Shown here in pieces: positions 49,950 to 64,000 of a stretch of 64,000 nucleotides of DNA. Location of the stretch: NCBI GenBank assembly GCA_964016885.1, contig OZ024745.1, positions 110,546,001-110,610,000 of the forward strand, in the 5' to 3' direction. The stretch is from Eledone cirrhosa. Its lineage: Eukaryota. The notes beneath the pieces are model-generated. The model made no database searches. It had not been told where the DNA came from and saw nothing but the letters and a program-made list of their open reading frames with translations. Made by a program: the position numbers and the translations under genes. Position 1 is the first letter of the stretch. Each line of letters begins with the position of its first letter.

Positions 49950-52900
49950 CATATGTCTATACTAAAAACTTCGATGGATAAATTCATAAAGCTATTCTTC
50001 TTAGCCCACATATGCTTGGGGAAGGCATGGGAGCAGAGTCCTCAAGCACACCTTTTACCAAGTCTTGTCAGGATCAAAAGTCTTCAACTGATCCAGCCGG
50101 ACTACCAAGCCAAACTTGCTTGTCTCTGGGTCTCTTGGCAGCAATTCTTTCCTTAGACAGGTTCATCATACAGGAGCTGTGATCCGCCAATTCCAAGAAT
50201 TAGTCGCTCTACTCAGAGCAACTTCTTAATTTCTGAATTATGCATTCTATGAAAAATCTTTCAGGACTCCAATTCAGCCACTTGTATACATATTCGTGAC
50301 CATAGGTAAAGATTGGCATGAATACTGAATTGATGATGATTATGACTTATTTGATTCCAGATAAGTTCATAAGGTTAAATTAATAAAACAAAAATGATCA
50401 AATTGTCAGCCCAGCCAATAAGTGAGATTGATACAGTTCATACTTAGTTTAATGATATTTTGTTTATATAACAAATAGTGATATTAAAGAAATTAACATG
50501 GAAGAATGAACATATATTAACATGGAAAAATGATGAGATATTCATTATAAATATTCTCACATTCTTTTACAAGTCCAAATGTCATCATACTCCTACAATC
50601 AGGAGTCCATCCCATTTAATAGTAAATGAAGGCAACTTATAGTCCCATAAAGAATACCCATTTTCTTCCTAATACATTATTTCTACTGATAAATTAGAGT
50701 TTGGATAATATGAATTGGAGTGTCAAGAATACCCCTGGACACACCAAATAAATATTTGACATTTACCATACAATTAATAGACAACAAATATAACATAGAT
50801 ATTTCTAATTGCATACAAATAATAAACTTCCTAACAGAAGCCCTCCAGATACCACTCAAAAAAAGCAGATAGACATCATTACTAACAGGGAATTTGGCAA
50901 TATTAAGGAAGGCGATGTTGGAACTCTTTTAATACATCATGCTTATGGGAATGTAATGTATGACAAAGATGGTTATTACTATGATGAGTCAAAATATGAC
51001 TATTTACTAAATGGTTTTAGGGCTTGGACCAATAATTTAGAAGACATTTTTTTTAGCTATATTACTACATCATTACTGAATCATAGTAATTTTAAATATA
51101 TAAAATACCACTGAAACAGTATACAAAATTATTATTATTATTATTATTTTTTGCCTTTATAATGACATTATATAATTTGAATATTCCATGGACATCTTTT
51201 TGGATTATTCACGAATGTATTAAAAGATGTTTTGGTACAAACAGTAAAAATGGATATTATAATGGTTTCAATTAATGTATTTCCAAACATTTTCAAGCCA
51301 ATTTTCTTCTCTGTATATTTTAAAGGAAAATATGCCATGTGTCATAACTCCCAGAAATATTGCCTGAGAATGAATTAGAATTCAATATGATTAATTGTGA
51401 ACAAAAATTTGTAGTCAAGTGTAAACATATTCAGAATTCAGAAAATCTTAAAATATTTTTTACTTCACATGATGTCGGTTAGAGGTATTACCTCCTGAAA
51501 GGTCATATAATTGCTGCTGCTGCTGTTGGTCACCTCAGGCAAATATCTTAGGTCATTATTACAGTTTTGCTACTTCTCTATCGTGCGTTGCCATCATGTA
51601 AAATTACTAACTTTTTCAACTCTTTTTCAACTCTTAAAAATCAATCCTTAATTGATCATCCTGCTGACATCTACACATACAATATAGAACAGTTCAGAAT
51701 TTCTTTTGGGTTTAGTGGGAAATAACCTGACTAAATATAATTACTGATTTTGGCAGAAGACCAGCAAAATTCGATTAAAACGACCCCAGCGCATTACTGG
51801 TACTTTATCTTATTGATCCCGCAAAGCTAACCATGGCAGGACATGAAATCAGAACATAAAGGGCCGTTACTCTATGCCACGAAACAGTGTTTGATGTTAC
51901 CAATCCATGACCCATTAACCTGACTAAATATAATAATAATTAAATGGCTTTTAAAAAAGAAATTCAGAAATTCTTTTTATTTTTTTTTGTTTACACTGTT
52001 AGTAAAAATAAAAATTAATAAAATTAAGTTTATATTTATGAAAATACAAAATACTCAAAATCAGGATTTAGTAAAAAGATGCATTTATTTATGCATACTT
52101 CAGGGTTTCATGTAATATGGTAAACTGAAAAAACATTAATTAACCAAGATTACCTATGCAATTAGTAAACAAAACTCCCTCTATGAATGCTTCAAATGTA
52201 AAAACCACAGACAAAAGAGAACTCCAATTAAATCACATTTCACCCACAGCCATATCCTTTTATTTATGTGCCATATATTTAGATATCAATGTATGTCATT
52301 TTTTACTTTATACATATAACATCATAAATTTGTAAGCGCTGGCCATCTCACAGTCCCGGCAAGCCTTTTCTTTTGGTGGCCAGTGCATGAGCCCCATTTG
52401 GCTCATAATAGTGAGAGATGGGAGACAACGGGAGAAACAGAGACAGTGGGAGTTTGGTTCCTTTGTCATCAGACCTGGTGTATATGTTTTGTATTTTTTT
52501 ATCGCATCACTATACACAGTATGAAATATACAAAAAGCCTACACAACAGCAGCAATTGTAAGGGGTATGAGATACATTTCCAGTCTGTTATGACTTATCT
52601 GTTCTACAAATAAGTTTAAAGTGAATAAATAAGCACCAACTTAATAAGTTTATAAACATATTTAGTGTGTGTAAACATGTGTAGTTAGTATATGTATGTG
52701 TATTTGCAGATATTGTACATTTACCAACTTTTTTAAATTCATACTTTAAAAGTAAAACAATTTCTAATGATTTTGAAAAATAATTATCTAAGCAAATTTA
52801 GAAGTTAGGGCATCCGTTGTTGTTCATTCACAATTCAATTCTGAAAATATTTTTGGTATCTGGTAGCATCTTATGCTGTTCTTTTTATTTTCTAGGACAA

Positions 52901-55487
52901 CATTGCTTATTCCATTATACTATACTTGACTATATGATATGTCTTAATGCAGGGATCCCCAAATTCTTTAGGCAATGGACCCTTGCAGCAAATTTTTGAC
53001 CCCCCTCATTGACAACAGACTTGTACAAAAATAAATAACTAAACAAATTGGTAAACAATATAAAATAAATAGAAAATAAAGATTAATTAATTATAAATCA
53101 GAAACACGTATAAGCAAGTTGTATCTACAGCATCATTTTATGTATTTTTGTTTCTCATACAATTGTCAAGTTTTAGTTCAAAAGTTCAGTCAACCCCCAA
53201 GGTATCCCATCAACCCCTACAGATCATTATCAACTACTTTGAGAACCATTTCACATATCAACCCTTTTGATACCAAACCACTTAAAACAGTCCCAGTTCT
53301 ATGATAACAAAACTTTATATTAAAATGTTTATATTTAAAAACCTATCATAATTATATGGAAGAGCCTTTGTTAAGTTAATTTCCAACACTAGCTTAATAA
53401 TATGATAGAAACTGTTTCTTGTTTATTGGACTATAGCTGTAATACAAAGAAATACCCAGTCTACTCACATATTGTGTCTGAATCTTCCTGTGAATTATGT
53501 TAAGCGTACATGTGTCTGTGGAATGCTTAGCCACTTGTATGTTAATTTCATTAACTGGCTGTTCTATAGAGTAAACAACTAGAACACTCATCATCGAAAC
53601 CGATGGAGATCCATTCCATCAGAAATTATAAATAATATTTTGTAGTAAAAACAAAATATTTATAAAAATATCAATCATTTTAAAATAATCAAACATATAT
53701 TAACATTGAACAATAAATATTAAGATGACTTCTCTTTTTAGAGAGAGGGGAAAACGTTCACGATTTGGGGGATTTTGCAAATTGTTTTCTTTCTTTTGAT
53801 TGTTAAAATTGTCATTTTTATCATTTTTCATTAATGACAGAAAAATCTTAAATAAGCAAAAATATTTTAGATATATTTCTTTCAAGAGGTCAGTTATTCC
53901 TGCAAGAGATACGATGATAATTACCTCAAAAAATAATATAGAGAGTACAAATTATTTTTACTTTAAATCTTTTACACAGTAAGCCCAAAAACTTTAAAAT
54001 AAAACAATATACAAATGATTTAGAAATAGTTTTTAAATCAAAAGAAAAATTTAATAAATAAATGATTTTACTATTTGATCTTTAAGAGATGTATTATCGA
54101 TTTCCTAAGAACCTTTAATTGTGTTCATATATTCTCTACATTGTAAAATAACAATATATATCACAAATGAATTTTCATAATTGTGATTTTATTTTTTATC
54201 TTATGTTGAACTGGCTAAAGATAATCACTGATCAAGTTATGGAATATTGATCCTATGAAAAGGCATCCTCATCGTTAGAAATCTGGTGCTACTAAATACC
54301 AGTTTTTATTGTTATCGGAAGTACTCTACTGCATTCTGTCATTTCATTTTCTACCAGGTAACTGTTTTTGTCATCATACAGAACATTAATCTTCTACAAA
54401 ATATACAGCTAATATTACATTTCGAAAAAGTGTGTAACCTATATCTTTTGTCTTATAAAACATCTTATGAAATATATGTGCTAAAACATCTGAAGTTGAC
54501 AAATGTACATCTAATATGATAGATTTGACAACACAAGAAAACAATCTATTGCACAGACTTCCCTTGTAATAGTTAATAGTCTGCAGACACAGGTCACTTA
54601 TGATATAATGATGACTAAAACATTTGCCATGTGTCAAGTCAAGGTTTTCTGGTATTTCAACAGTAGAATAAAACATGTTTGAATGCACAAAGAAAATAAA
54701 TAGACAGTTGAAGGAAATATGAGATTTGAAATGTAATCTCTGTAAATGCTAACTGATGTACAGTTATGTATATTAACAGTTTAAGATCTATAACACAAGC
54801 TTCCTACTGAATTCAAGATATAAGGCTAATTGTAACATTATCTATAACATAGAAACCCTTTAGAAATATATAACTTTTTTTGTATACTTAAGAATGTCTT
54901 TTTCCTTTTTTATAATGTATAGAATCAGTGATTTATGTTTCTATTTAATAAATGACACCCATATTACGATTATATACGTCAAAATAATTGACAAACATTT
55001 TAAAAAGTGGTGTAGATAATTCAATAGATGTTTTCTATGCAATAATTAGAATTCTAAAAAAATTAAGTGAGAACACAGAAAAGCTGAAATTGAATCTGCT
55101 GTGAAGATTGTCAATAAGATAAAGGCAAGGTGATATTTGACTAACAACGATATTTTTATTTTCTACCTTGCTGTTTTCAATGTACTGATAAATAAAAACA
55201 TTAGTAACTATGATGATTTTAGGTCTACCTCTTCTCTGCTAACCAAATCTGAGTTAGACATTGTGCTTCCATGATCAGCTGATTAATCCTAGTCATTGGC
55301 ATCTAAATGGGATTTTAACTCAGAATGCAAATGGCCAGAATAGGTAACACAAACTATGCCTTTTTTAATATCTATTTAATATATTTACTTAAAAATAATA
55401 AGTATTTTCAAATAAATTCATCACATAATACCATATATTTAATATATTTCAATTATCATAGCAATATTGAATAAAGCAATTCATTTA

Positions 55488-55720
55488 ACTCTTTTTTTTG
55501 TTACCATATTTTTAATGAAAGACACTGCCTATGATTTTCAAATAATGTTGAAAATAATCAAAACTAACCTTCTTATTATTAATTTGGAATTTGAAACTAT
55601 TTAACAAATATTCTTGTATAAAATGTTGATGGAAGATCTTTAGATAAACATTTAAAAGCAAACAGCTTTGTATTATAGAGCCAAGAGCAGTTTCAAGCGA
55701 TATGGTGTCAAAAGGGTTAA
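55488..55720 (-). mobile_element. piggyBac-like MITE, family 1
   Basis: ttaactcttttttttgttaccatattt ... ggtgtcaaaagggttaa. Confidence 0.65.
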
Positions 55721-56547
55721 TATATTTAACTTTTTCCCTCTTTACTCCCACTGATTTTATTTATTATTCATTAATATTACTATAACGCATCAAGGGAGTA
55801 CAAAAAATTGCTACCATACTTCAATTGTTAGTTGAACTTATATATACAAACTCTCTTGAAACCTTTCCTTTTTATGATTGTAAAACAAACAGTATTCGAT
55901 AATTCTTTCTTTTTTTCTTTTACTGATTTCAATCATTAGACTGCAGCTATGCGGGGACACAGCCTTGATAGCATTTAGTCGATCAGATCAACACCAAGAG
56001 ATGTAGTTTTCAAGTCTGATCCTTGTTTTATTGATTGCTTTTTTTGTTAAACTGTTGTTGTTGTTTTTTTTTTGGGGGGGGGGGGGGGGGTCAGACAATT
56101 AAGTTATAAGACACAAACAGTAAACAAACATGGATACTTATATACATATTCACATGTAACATATGTGAAACTAATTATAAAAACTGCTATGCTTCAACCA
56201 CTTAAAATCAGATGCACATGCTTTCCTACTACTCTCAGGCACATGAGCAATATACCACTATTGTGTTTGTTCTTATTCTGAAAATGGGGCTGTGAAGGTC
56301 TTGAAACTTTAATACACACATGGATTTCAGAACCCTATTATTCTGAACCAGGGATAATGAACTAATAAGGAAATATGAAAAATCCTTTATATAAAAGATC
56401 AAACTGGAGCAGTCATGTTTTTAATGTAATATGTTTTAAAGAAAATATATTCCCTACTTATACATTCACACACACATACATATACACACACACATACACA
56501 CACACATATATACATACACACACACACACATATACACACACACATAT

Positions 56548-56611
<64 letters not shown>

Positions 56612-56617
56612 ATACAC

Positions 56618-56770
56618 AGTAGGCTTCCACAGAGCTTATGTCTACCAAATTCTGATAAGTCATCAGCCTATTCAAAGTTATTATAGAAAACACTGCCCAA
56701 GGTGCCACACACAGTGGGACTGAACCTGAAACCAGGTAATTGTTAAGTGACCTTTTAGTATACAGCCAGG
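56618..56770 (-). mobile_element. SINE family E head (composite SINE with internal microsatellite)
   Basis: tctaccaaatt...aacactgcccaaggtgccac...agtgggactgaacc. Related copies at 63490-63635, 60425-60540 and 18290-18415; probable 3' half at 55915-56130. Confidence 0.7.
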
Positions 56771-56825
56771 TTAAAAAAAATAAAACTTAATTTTAAAATA
56801 GCATCTCTATTTTACATTTCTTCAC

Positions 56826-57095
56826 ATGATGTGTTGTTTCCTTGAGCAAGACACTTTATTCACATTGCTCCAGTTTACTCAGCTGTAGAAATGAGATGAT
56901 GGGGACTGGGGTCCCTATCATTCCACTGCAAAGTGGTCGTGGAGGTGCTACGGCAAAAAAGCACCCAGCACTCACTGTAAAGGAGGTTGGTGTTAGGAAG
57001 GGCATCCAGCTGTAGAAAGCAAGCCAGAATCAGTTCCTGTCCCACCCTTGCAAGCAGGGAAAAACGGACGTAAAATGAAATGAATGAATAAAATG
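56826..57095 (+). mobile_element. 5'-truncated SINE family A, (GAAAT) tail
   Basis: Matches 24915-25180. Confidence 0.9.
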
Positions 57096-57569
57096 AATAC
57101 AGCCAATTCAATTAAATAATTTATTATAACAATAGCTTAAGATACACATTTTGGGAAATTGATTTTAGAATTATATAGACCCTATCAGATTACATTACAC
57201 TTCTGTATCGTATCGTATCATAAACATTATATGTTACCATTTCTTTATTCTTGGAGATTAACAGCAATAAATTCATCCTATTACTAGAAAATTACAAAAA
57301 ATTAATTCTGTTGAAGTCTAAGACTTAACAGATTATTAGCTCTTTATTAATTAACTCACTTCTTATAATATTTAGAATGATTTTAGAACTGAAGAAGAAA
57401 AATATGTTTTCAATATATATTTATTTAACTAAGACTGTCAATTGCCTAAACTTGAATGGAAATGCATCTATATCAAACCTAAGCCATCCTCAAGCTCAAG
57501 GAAAAGTAATCCATACACCTATATTTTACCTCATTCACCAGACTTATTTAAGTTCTGGCTTATATTTGT

Positions 57570-58100
57570 AGTAAATGTGTCTGATAACATTCTTCCTTAT
57601 CAGCATTTACTCTATCTCATCTTCTGGTGAGGATAAAATCCATTTTGTTGGCAAACTCACCTGATCTATAGGTGATCAAGTAGTTTGCTGGGTTTTTTAA
57701 GTTTGTGTTACAGACAACTAAATCATTGGTGTTATAGAATTCCAAGAACCTTGATCTTTCCTCATTTCTTATACCAAACCAAAGACCTCTGTGAACCCCA
57801 TAGAAGCCATTACATTTTTTGACCAACAAAGTCCTCTGAAATGGTTATGGAGTCACCATTACTCATTAGAGAATTAGCTTACATTAGGGATTTGTAAAAC
57901 TTGTCTTTTAGTTCATCTAATAGTTCAGATTGAGGTGCATATAAAGATATAATTGTTACAGTTGTTCGATTTAGAACTAGTCTAAGTTTAATGACTCTGT
58001 TGTTCACTTTATTTACTTCAATTACATTATCTACCCATTTTTCTGCTAATATAATACCTACTCCACCCAGCCCACTGTCTTTGCCTACCCAGAAAAATTT
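57570..58100 (-). mobile_element. RTE APE endonuclease relic
   Basis: FFWVGKDSGLGGVGIILAEKWV...IISLYAPQ...FGIRNEE..RFLEF....DLVVCNT...LITYRSG.....DFIL. Confidence 0.9.
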
Positions 58101-59029
58101 CTAGCATTTGGCAGAATTGCTAAAGCATTAAATTAAATGCCTTAATATTTGTTCTGGATTTCTGCACTGTGTATTCAAATTTAAACAAGGTAAACTTTGC
58201 CTTTCATCCTATCTAAGCAATAAAAAAAATAATCAAAGATAAAAATAATTGACATTATTCAATTTCTCAATGCTAAATGTTTGTACAATTTAAAACTATA
58301 TGTTCTAAAAACATTGTACTAAAGCAAATGGTTTGAATAGATATATATGAGGATAATTTCAATTTATAAAGAATTTTTTTTTGTATATGTAATTCAGTAT
58401 AAACATATATATTTGATTTATTTCTAAATACATGCCATTCAGAAAAAATTATTTGCAAATCTTTTAATTGTAAAAATCTTAATTTCATTGGTCAAACAGA
58501 TTTATGTTATCTACGCTTTTCCTTTAAGCATGAAAATTTAATTTTTTCATCAATTTTTAATGCATTGAAGCTATCTTCCTTTTTCTTTGTGAGTCGCAAA
58601 TGTATGCTGCTAGTTTTTTTTTCTTTTTGTTTTCTTTCTATAGCTAATAGCCAAATTAAAATTCATAAAGAACTATTTTCATGTCATTCAGTACATCCAT
58701 ACATACTTGATTTATCTTAATATCTACCATTGGCTTAGTTGAGTTATATCTCTTAGTTCAGTTCAATTTTCTTTTATATATATATATTTCCTTTATTGAC
58801 AATACTTGGATATTTATCATACACCATGGAATATATAGAATATTGACTGATACATTTTAATAATAAAATAAACATATTTGGCATATGAATATATCCTTTT
58901 CAACTATCCCCATGCCATAATTATTATCTAAATGGAATTTGATATCCTACACAGCATTGTTCTATCATTTAAATCTATGCATTTTCAGGTAAATATATAT
59001 TTGGAAAAGGGAAATTATTCCATGTAGAC

Positions 59030-59450
59030 AATGGTTTGTATCCCCTTATAGAAGTTCATTTCTCTGGTACAGTGGAGACAAATGTTGTAGATAATAGTAA
59101 CCCCCACCTGACTTCATCAAATGTCTCTTCTTTGTACATTGCACCTGTCAAAGTGTTGTTCTGCATGACATCAGGGTCATCTTCACCAGGGATGCTAATG
59201 CCAGTTCTGATCAGTATAGATATCATATTCAGTGATGCTGTCAGCATGAAATCTCTGTATTTCATCATCATTTCTTATTGCTGTCAAAGGATTTTCGTTT
59301 GAACCTTGATTTGTCCATAAAGAATGCTGAAGTCCAGTCTAGCATTGTCAAGTACTCTGTCTGCTTAGTTATGCTATTCTTACTTACATAAATAGCTTTT
59401 TGAATGCCAATATCTATATATCAATACAACCTATTCTCCTGAACATAACT
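59030..59450 (-). pseudogene. possible piggyBac transposase C-terminal relic
   Basis: MKYRDFML...LNMI...LTG followed in another frame by YNICLHCTREMNFYKGY, which resembles a decayed cysteine-rich domain. Confidence 0.4.
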
Positions 59451-60029
59451 AAGAACAGTTTGGTCAGAATTCTCACCTTTATGTCATGAAGATAACCTGA
59501 AGAGAATAGAAAACGTCTTTGGAACCACTGTAGGTTGGTTGTGCAGCATTAGAAATCTGTCATATAACTAATTTGGATGGAGTCTTTTCTGTATTTTCAC
59601 ACTACTACAGTTTAGTTTCTGACTTTCTATTTTCAAAGATGACATCTTGGCCAATTTCAGGGTCAAATGTGATATGTTCTTATGGAGTCTTATTCTATAT
59701 ATTATTCTGAAGAAATGACAGCTTTTTGGAATGTTTAATATATCTTTTACAATTTGGATCATATCCCAAACATTTAGATATTATGCAAGTGCTAAATAAA
59801 TTGTATGAATTAAATAATTAATAAAACATAATTCTTTGGATAAAAAAAATAAAAATAAACAGCTATTTTTACATAAATAATTTAATTCTTTTTTCTCCTT
59901 TTGCCAAAAAAATATATTCTTCAACTATCATTATAAACAATTACAGATATCAGGAAATATTCTAACTTCATATTCTGTGGAAATAAAGTAAAAAAACGAA
60001 CTTTTTATACCTACTTTTTAAAACTTATC

Positions 60030-60540
60030 TTTTTCTTTTTTGGGGTTCAGTCATTGAATTGATACTATTCTGGGACACTGCTGCATTCAATAGTTTAGTC
60101 AATCATATTGATCCCAGAACTTATTTTAAAGTCTGGTACTTGGTTTCTATTTGTCAAACAACTAAGTTGCAGAACATAAACCTATAGCACTTGTTGTTAA
60201 GTGGTATCAACATAAATACAAAAATATATACATACATATATGATTGTTTTTACTTTTTGGCACAATGCCAGCAATTACCCCAGTGCATTACTGGTGCTTT
60301 ATTTTATCGACCCCATAAGGATGAAAGGCAAAGTTAACCTCATCAGGATTTGAACTCAGACCGTAACTCTATGCTGCAAAGCATGGCATCTGACCCTCTA
60401 CCGATACTGCCAATCTACACATATATATAATGGACTTCTGCACAGTAACTGTTTATCAAATTTGACTCATAAAGCACTGTTCAAGCCAAAACTATAATGG
60501 AAAATGCTGCATGACTGAATCCAGAATCATGTAGATTGTT
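60030..60540 (-). mobile_element. SINE family E with a family B SINE (60243-60418) nested in its internal TA tract
   Basis: The 3' half (60030-60210) and head (60425-60540) are separated by a short-variant family B copy flanked by catatat. Confidence 0.65.
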
Positions 60541-60758
60541 GTAATCTTTTCCAATCTTTACTTGATTTTGATGAAAGTGAGTAGAATTTTTTTGTAGCTA
60601 CTTAACTGGTAACATATTTTCAAGAAGACTAAAGATGAGGCACCAGAGAAAAGAAAAACAATGTAATTATAATCTGTTAAAGTTCACCAAACACATGCTT
60701 TACCGAAACTTCATGGCTTTGTTGTAAGTAAATGAATAAATCACCTTATATACTAAGT

Positions 60759-60924
60759 CAGTGATTCCCAAAGTGGTTTCCACAAAGGAGTGTCTGGGGT
60801 TCCCTGAAAAAAGGTAGAGGAGTATATTTATATTATGACCATATAACAGTATTAGACTTTGGGGTTTCGCAAAAATTTCTGAACCAAAAAGGGCCCTGCA
60901 TTTAAAAAAGTTTGGGAAACCCTG
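60759..60924. mobile_element. hAT (Charlie-like) MITE
   Basis: TIR cagtgattcccaaa versus cagggtttcccaaa (12/14); decayed 8-bp flanks tactaagt / ttataaat. A weaker candidate lies at 52950-53251. Confidence 0.65.
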
Positions 60925-60996
60925 TTATAAATATTGAGTACTTCCTCTTTTGAGGTCTACAATGATCCATAGATCAAAATCCAACATCTAAAGTTT

Positions 60997-61150
60997 TGGC
61001 AGTATCAGTAGAGGGTTGGATGCCATGCTTTGCAGCATAGAGTTACGTCCTTTTACGGTCTGAGTTCAAATCCTGCTGAGGTTAACTTTGCCTTTCCTCC
61101 TTATGGGGGTCGATAAAATAAAGTACCAGTGCCAAATGTAGAAAGAATTA
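60997..61150 (+). mobile_element. SINE family B, internally deleted
   Basis: ttggcagtatcagtagag...gagttcaaatcc...gtcgataaaataaagtaccag. Confidence 0.85.
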
Positions 61151-63489
61151 TTTTAAATGCTTGAGTAAGGTGGGAGTAGATTAGAATTTTAACATTCTTC
61201 TATCAACATTTTGAGAGGGAAAAGTGTGGTTTGCTTCTAAAGTGTTGCTCTTCTAGATGTATCAAATGTTTGTTACCTTGGAAGTGTTGATCTGGCAAGT
61301 TTTTAACATGACACTAAATCATCAAACTGACAAAGTTACTCCAATTATTTTAAATCAATTTATTACTTGTTTTTTAATTCTAGAAGGATAAACGTTAAGT
61401 GGATCTAAACCAGGCTTGAAAAACAAAACCATACATTTTGAAGTTCCAACCCCTCAGCTACACCAAGTCAAGTTCACGAACCAATAAAGAATCCTCTACA
61501 TAGTTGCTCAACCTGCTAAAAATAGCAACCAAATCCTCCCTGAATCTTAAAGAAACAAACAATGGACAGTTTAGTTTGGGATATACAGAAAGATGGTATG
61601 TTCATGGTTGGAATGCATTTCATCATAGGTGTACTCAATGAGAGCTGGCTTCAAGTAATGAAACAAGACATTAATCCTAACTAGAAGCATCATTGTCATC
61701 TTTATGTTATTATTGATTAAACCCTAGTCAACTTTGAGCAATCTTATGATTAAAATCGTTCCAAACATGACTATCCCATACCAGTGTGGAAAAATGGGCG
61801 TTAAACAGTGATGATGATGACATTTGTGTTAACCCCTTTTAAGATGGTAGGTGCCATTTGAAAGACGTAAAACCTCATTTCAAAAGACTCCTGAGATGAG
61901 TTTGAAGCCTGTTGTGGGACCCACAAAGTTAACTCATGCTTTAGCAGGGAAAATAGGCTTAAATAATAGGCTTGTTATGGTTGTTGTATTTATTGCCATC
62001 ATTCAATAAATATGACATTTCATTCAAATGCTCAGCTATTGGTGAATTCTTTTTTTTAAATTTCAGTTTTCAAAATATTCTTCTATATTGCATCACTACT
62101 ATTCTAAAATCTCTTAATGATTGATTCTTTAGAATTCATAAACATGTTTTCATACTTCACATTTAAAGATAAATAAATGAATTTCTTAATAATTCTTATT
62201 TTAATCTATACTATGCATATCAATATAGTAATATATTTTAAAATTTCTATATACTAAAGGAATATTAAATTACAAGTGAAAACGATGGTAATAAATTACC
62301 TAATAACTTAAACCTACTCACATTAATGACAAATTTTTCAACTCTTCGAAAAATAACAAAAGTAATTATTTAAAATTATTTCTTTTCTCGTGACAGATAT
62401 ATCAAATTTTGAACATTATATGTATCAGTTTAAGAAGCAAAATACAAAACAAATTGTCTTGCTATTTATTACTGTGAAATTCTCATTAAAAATAAAAATA
62501 AAATATTTATGTCTTTAGGAATATAAAGCAAAATTGTTTTTTGTTTTTTTTAATAAATCCCAAAATATTGATAAACGCACAATTTATTCTTTTCTATCCG
62601 TCAACAGCCAGCACATATACCCTAAATCTTTCCAACACACCTTTTTTAGTTGTATATAAATACATAATAACAAGACATAAAAAAGATTACTTTCAAATGT
62701 ACTATAAAAAGTGAAATGTGTAACAGAATAGGTGAACCAATGAAACAATATTGTTTCATTGTACAGATATTTTCTACATATTTTCCCACAGGCATTTACT
62801 CAATAAATCACAATATTCTTTTAATCCATTAAATAGATAAAGTATCTTTATAAAGACTAATAATTCTGAAGAAAATGAATGCAGGTTTGGGGGGGGGGGG
62901 GATTCTTGTTTAATCTAAATCAACAATCTATATCTTTATAAAATTCCATTGCATTAATGGTTTAATTTCTCCTGCATTTCTTTCTTTTTCTATGATAGTA
63001 TATGAGCTGAATGGATATAAAAAATTAGTTATTTGCATATAAATTGAGAAGACAATGCTTTTTTACCAACCCCATTTCAATTATTGGAACCTAAGTTAAA
63101 CACTATTTTCAGCTCCACTATACAAAAGTCAGAAGGAACAATTGCATTATTTGGCAACGTAAGGGTTACAATCAATGATGAATCAGTCTCAAATAATTAG
63201 TCAGAGTGAAGTACTAATATTTTGAGTTAACAAAACTCTCTTCAGGGTGAAAAATTGAAATGTCTTATCTATTCTTTTAATCACTTAGTAATAAGGTTAA
63301 TGCCAAAGACCTTTTTCAAAGCCTCCAAGAGTTGTAGAAGGTAAGGAAGAAGTTATCCACAGACAAGAGACCTGGTCTAAATGATTGTAACTAAGTACAT
63401 ACTGTTAAAGACACCCTATGATCAAGTGGTAGCATTAAACTGGGTGAAATACCAAGTTTACTATCCATGAACAGGCAAAGTACATGAGA

Positions 63490-63635
63490 CAGTCTTCCAT
63501 ACAGTTTCCATCTGCTAAATTCGACAAGGCTATGATCCACCAAAGGCTATGGTAGAAGACACTTGCCCAATGTACTGAACTCAAAACCACATGGTTGAGA
63601 ACCAGATGGTTGAGAAGCAAACATCTTCATACGTC
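63490..63635 (-). mobile_element. SINE family E head
   Basis: cagtttccatctgctaaatt...ggctatggtagaagacacttgcccaa. Confidence 0.7.
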
Positions 63636-63754
63636 TGTACACAATAGGACATCACTGTACAAATAAGTCTGAAATCTCAGTTTTCACTATTTCAACTCCT
63701 TTATCTCATAGTCATTGTGCTCTAAAATATAAAAAAAACCTATGAACCAACAAG

Positions 63755-63940
63755 GGAGCCTCTATGTGGTTATTCAACCTGCTAAAAATAGTTAACAAAT
63801 CTCCTTCAAATTGCACTACCATTAAAAAAAATAAGGAAGGAGATACTGGATTTTGTAGTCTTTGATATGCTATGTTTAGAAAATACCTTTGATTATAGAT
63901 CGACTAAATCAGGATTGACCTGGGGCTAAACATCAACAGC
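63755..63940 (+). mobile_element. repeat family C
   Basis: cctctatgtggttattcaacctgctaaaaatag...gacctggggctaaacatcaac. Confidence 0.7.
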
Positions 63941-64000
63941 ATATAGAAACTCCTTAATTATTCTAAAACTAAAATCTGTTCAGATCATTTTTTGTTTGTT

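Noticed and set aside
59493-59525. CTGAAGA...GAAAACGTC hammerhead-like string
   Set aside because: No stem II and no stem I pairing.

Overview
AT-rich eukaryotic (animal) non-genic or intronic DNA dominated by transposable elements and microsatellites. The repeat families look like those of an octopod cephalopod; this is an inference from recall, not from a search. I found no convincing host exon, tRNA, rRNA or CRISPR array. Main content: (1) a near full-length Tigger/pogo DNA transposon (5105-7520) with a disrupted transposase, a candidate 3' intron and a C-terminal PIP-box; (2) two young, 5'-truncated RTE-clade LINE copies with open RT frames and an internal PHD-like finger, arranged tail-to-tail as a ~3.7 kb near-perfect palindrome (35943-39633) inside a multi-kb (TA/TACA)n tract; (3) many RTE fragments whose junctions fall in (TA)n; (4) tRNA-derived SINEs, one of which shares its 3' end with the RTE; (5) minimal hammerhead ribozyme motifs, probably Penelope-type, one of them inside a fold-back element; (6) piggyBac-, mariner- and hAT-type MITEs and relics of CRE, BovB-like and piggyBac coding sequence. 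Most long ORFs in the ORF track are microsatellite or N-gap artefacts. Boundaries of degenerate repeats are approximate.
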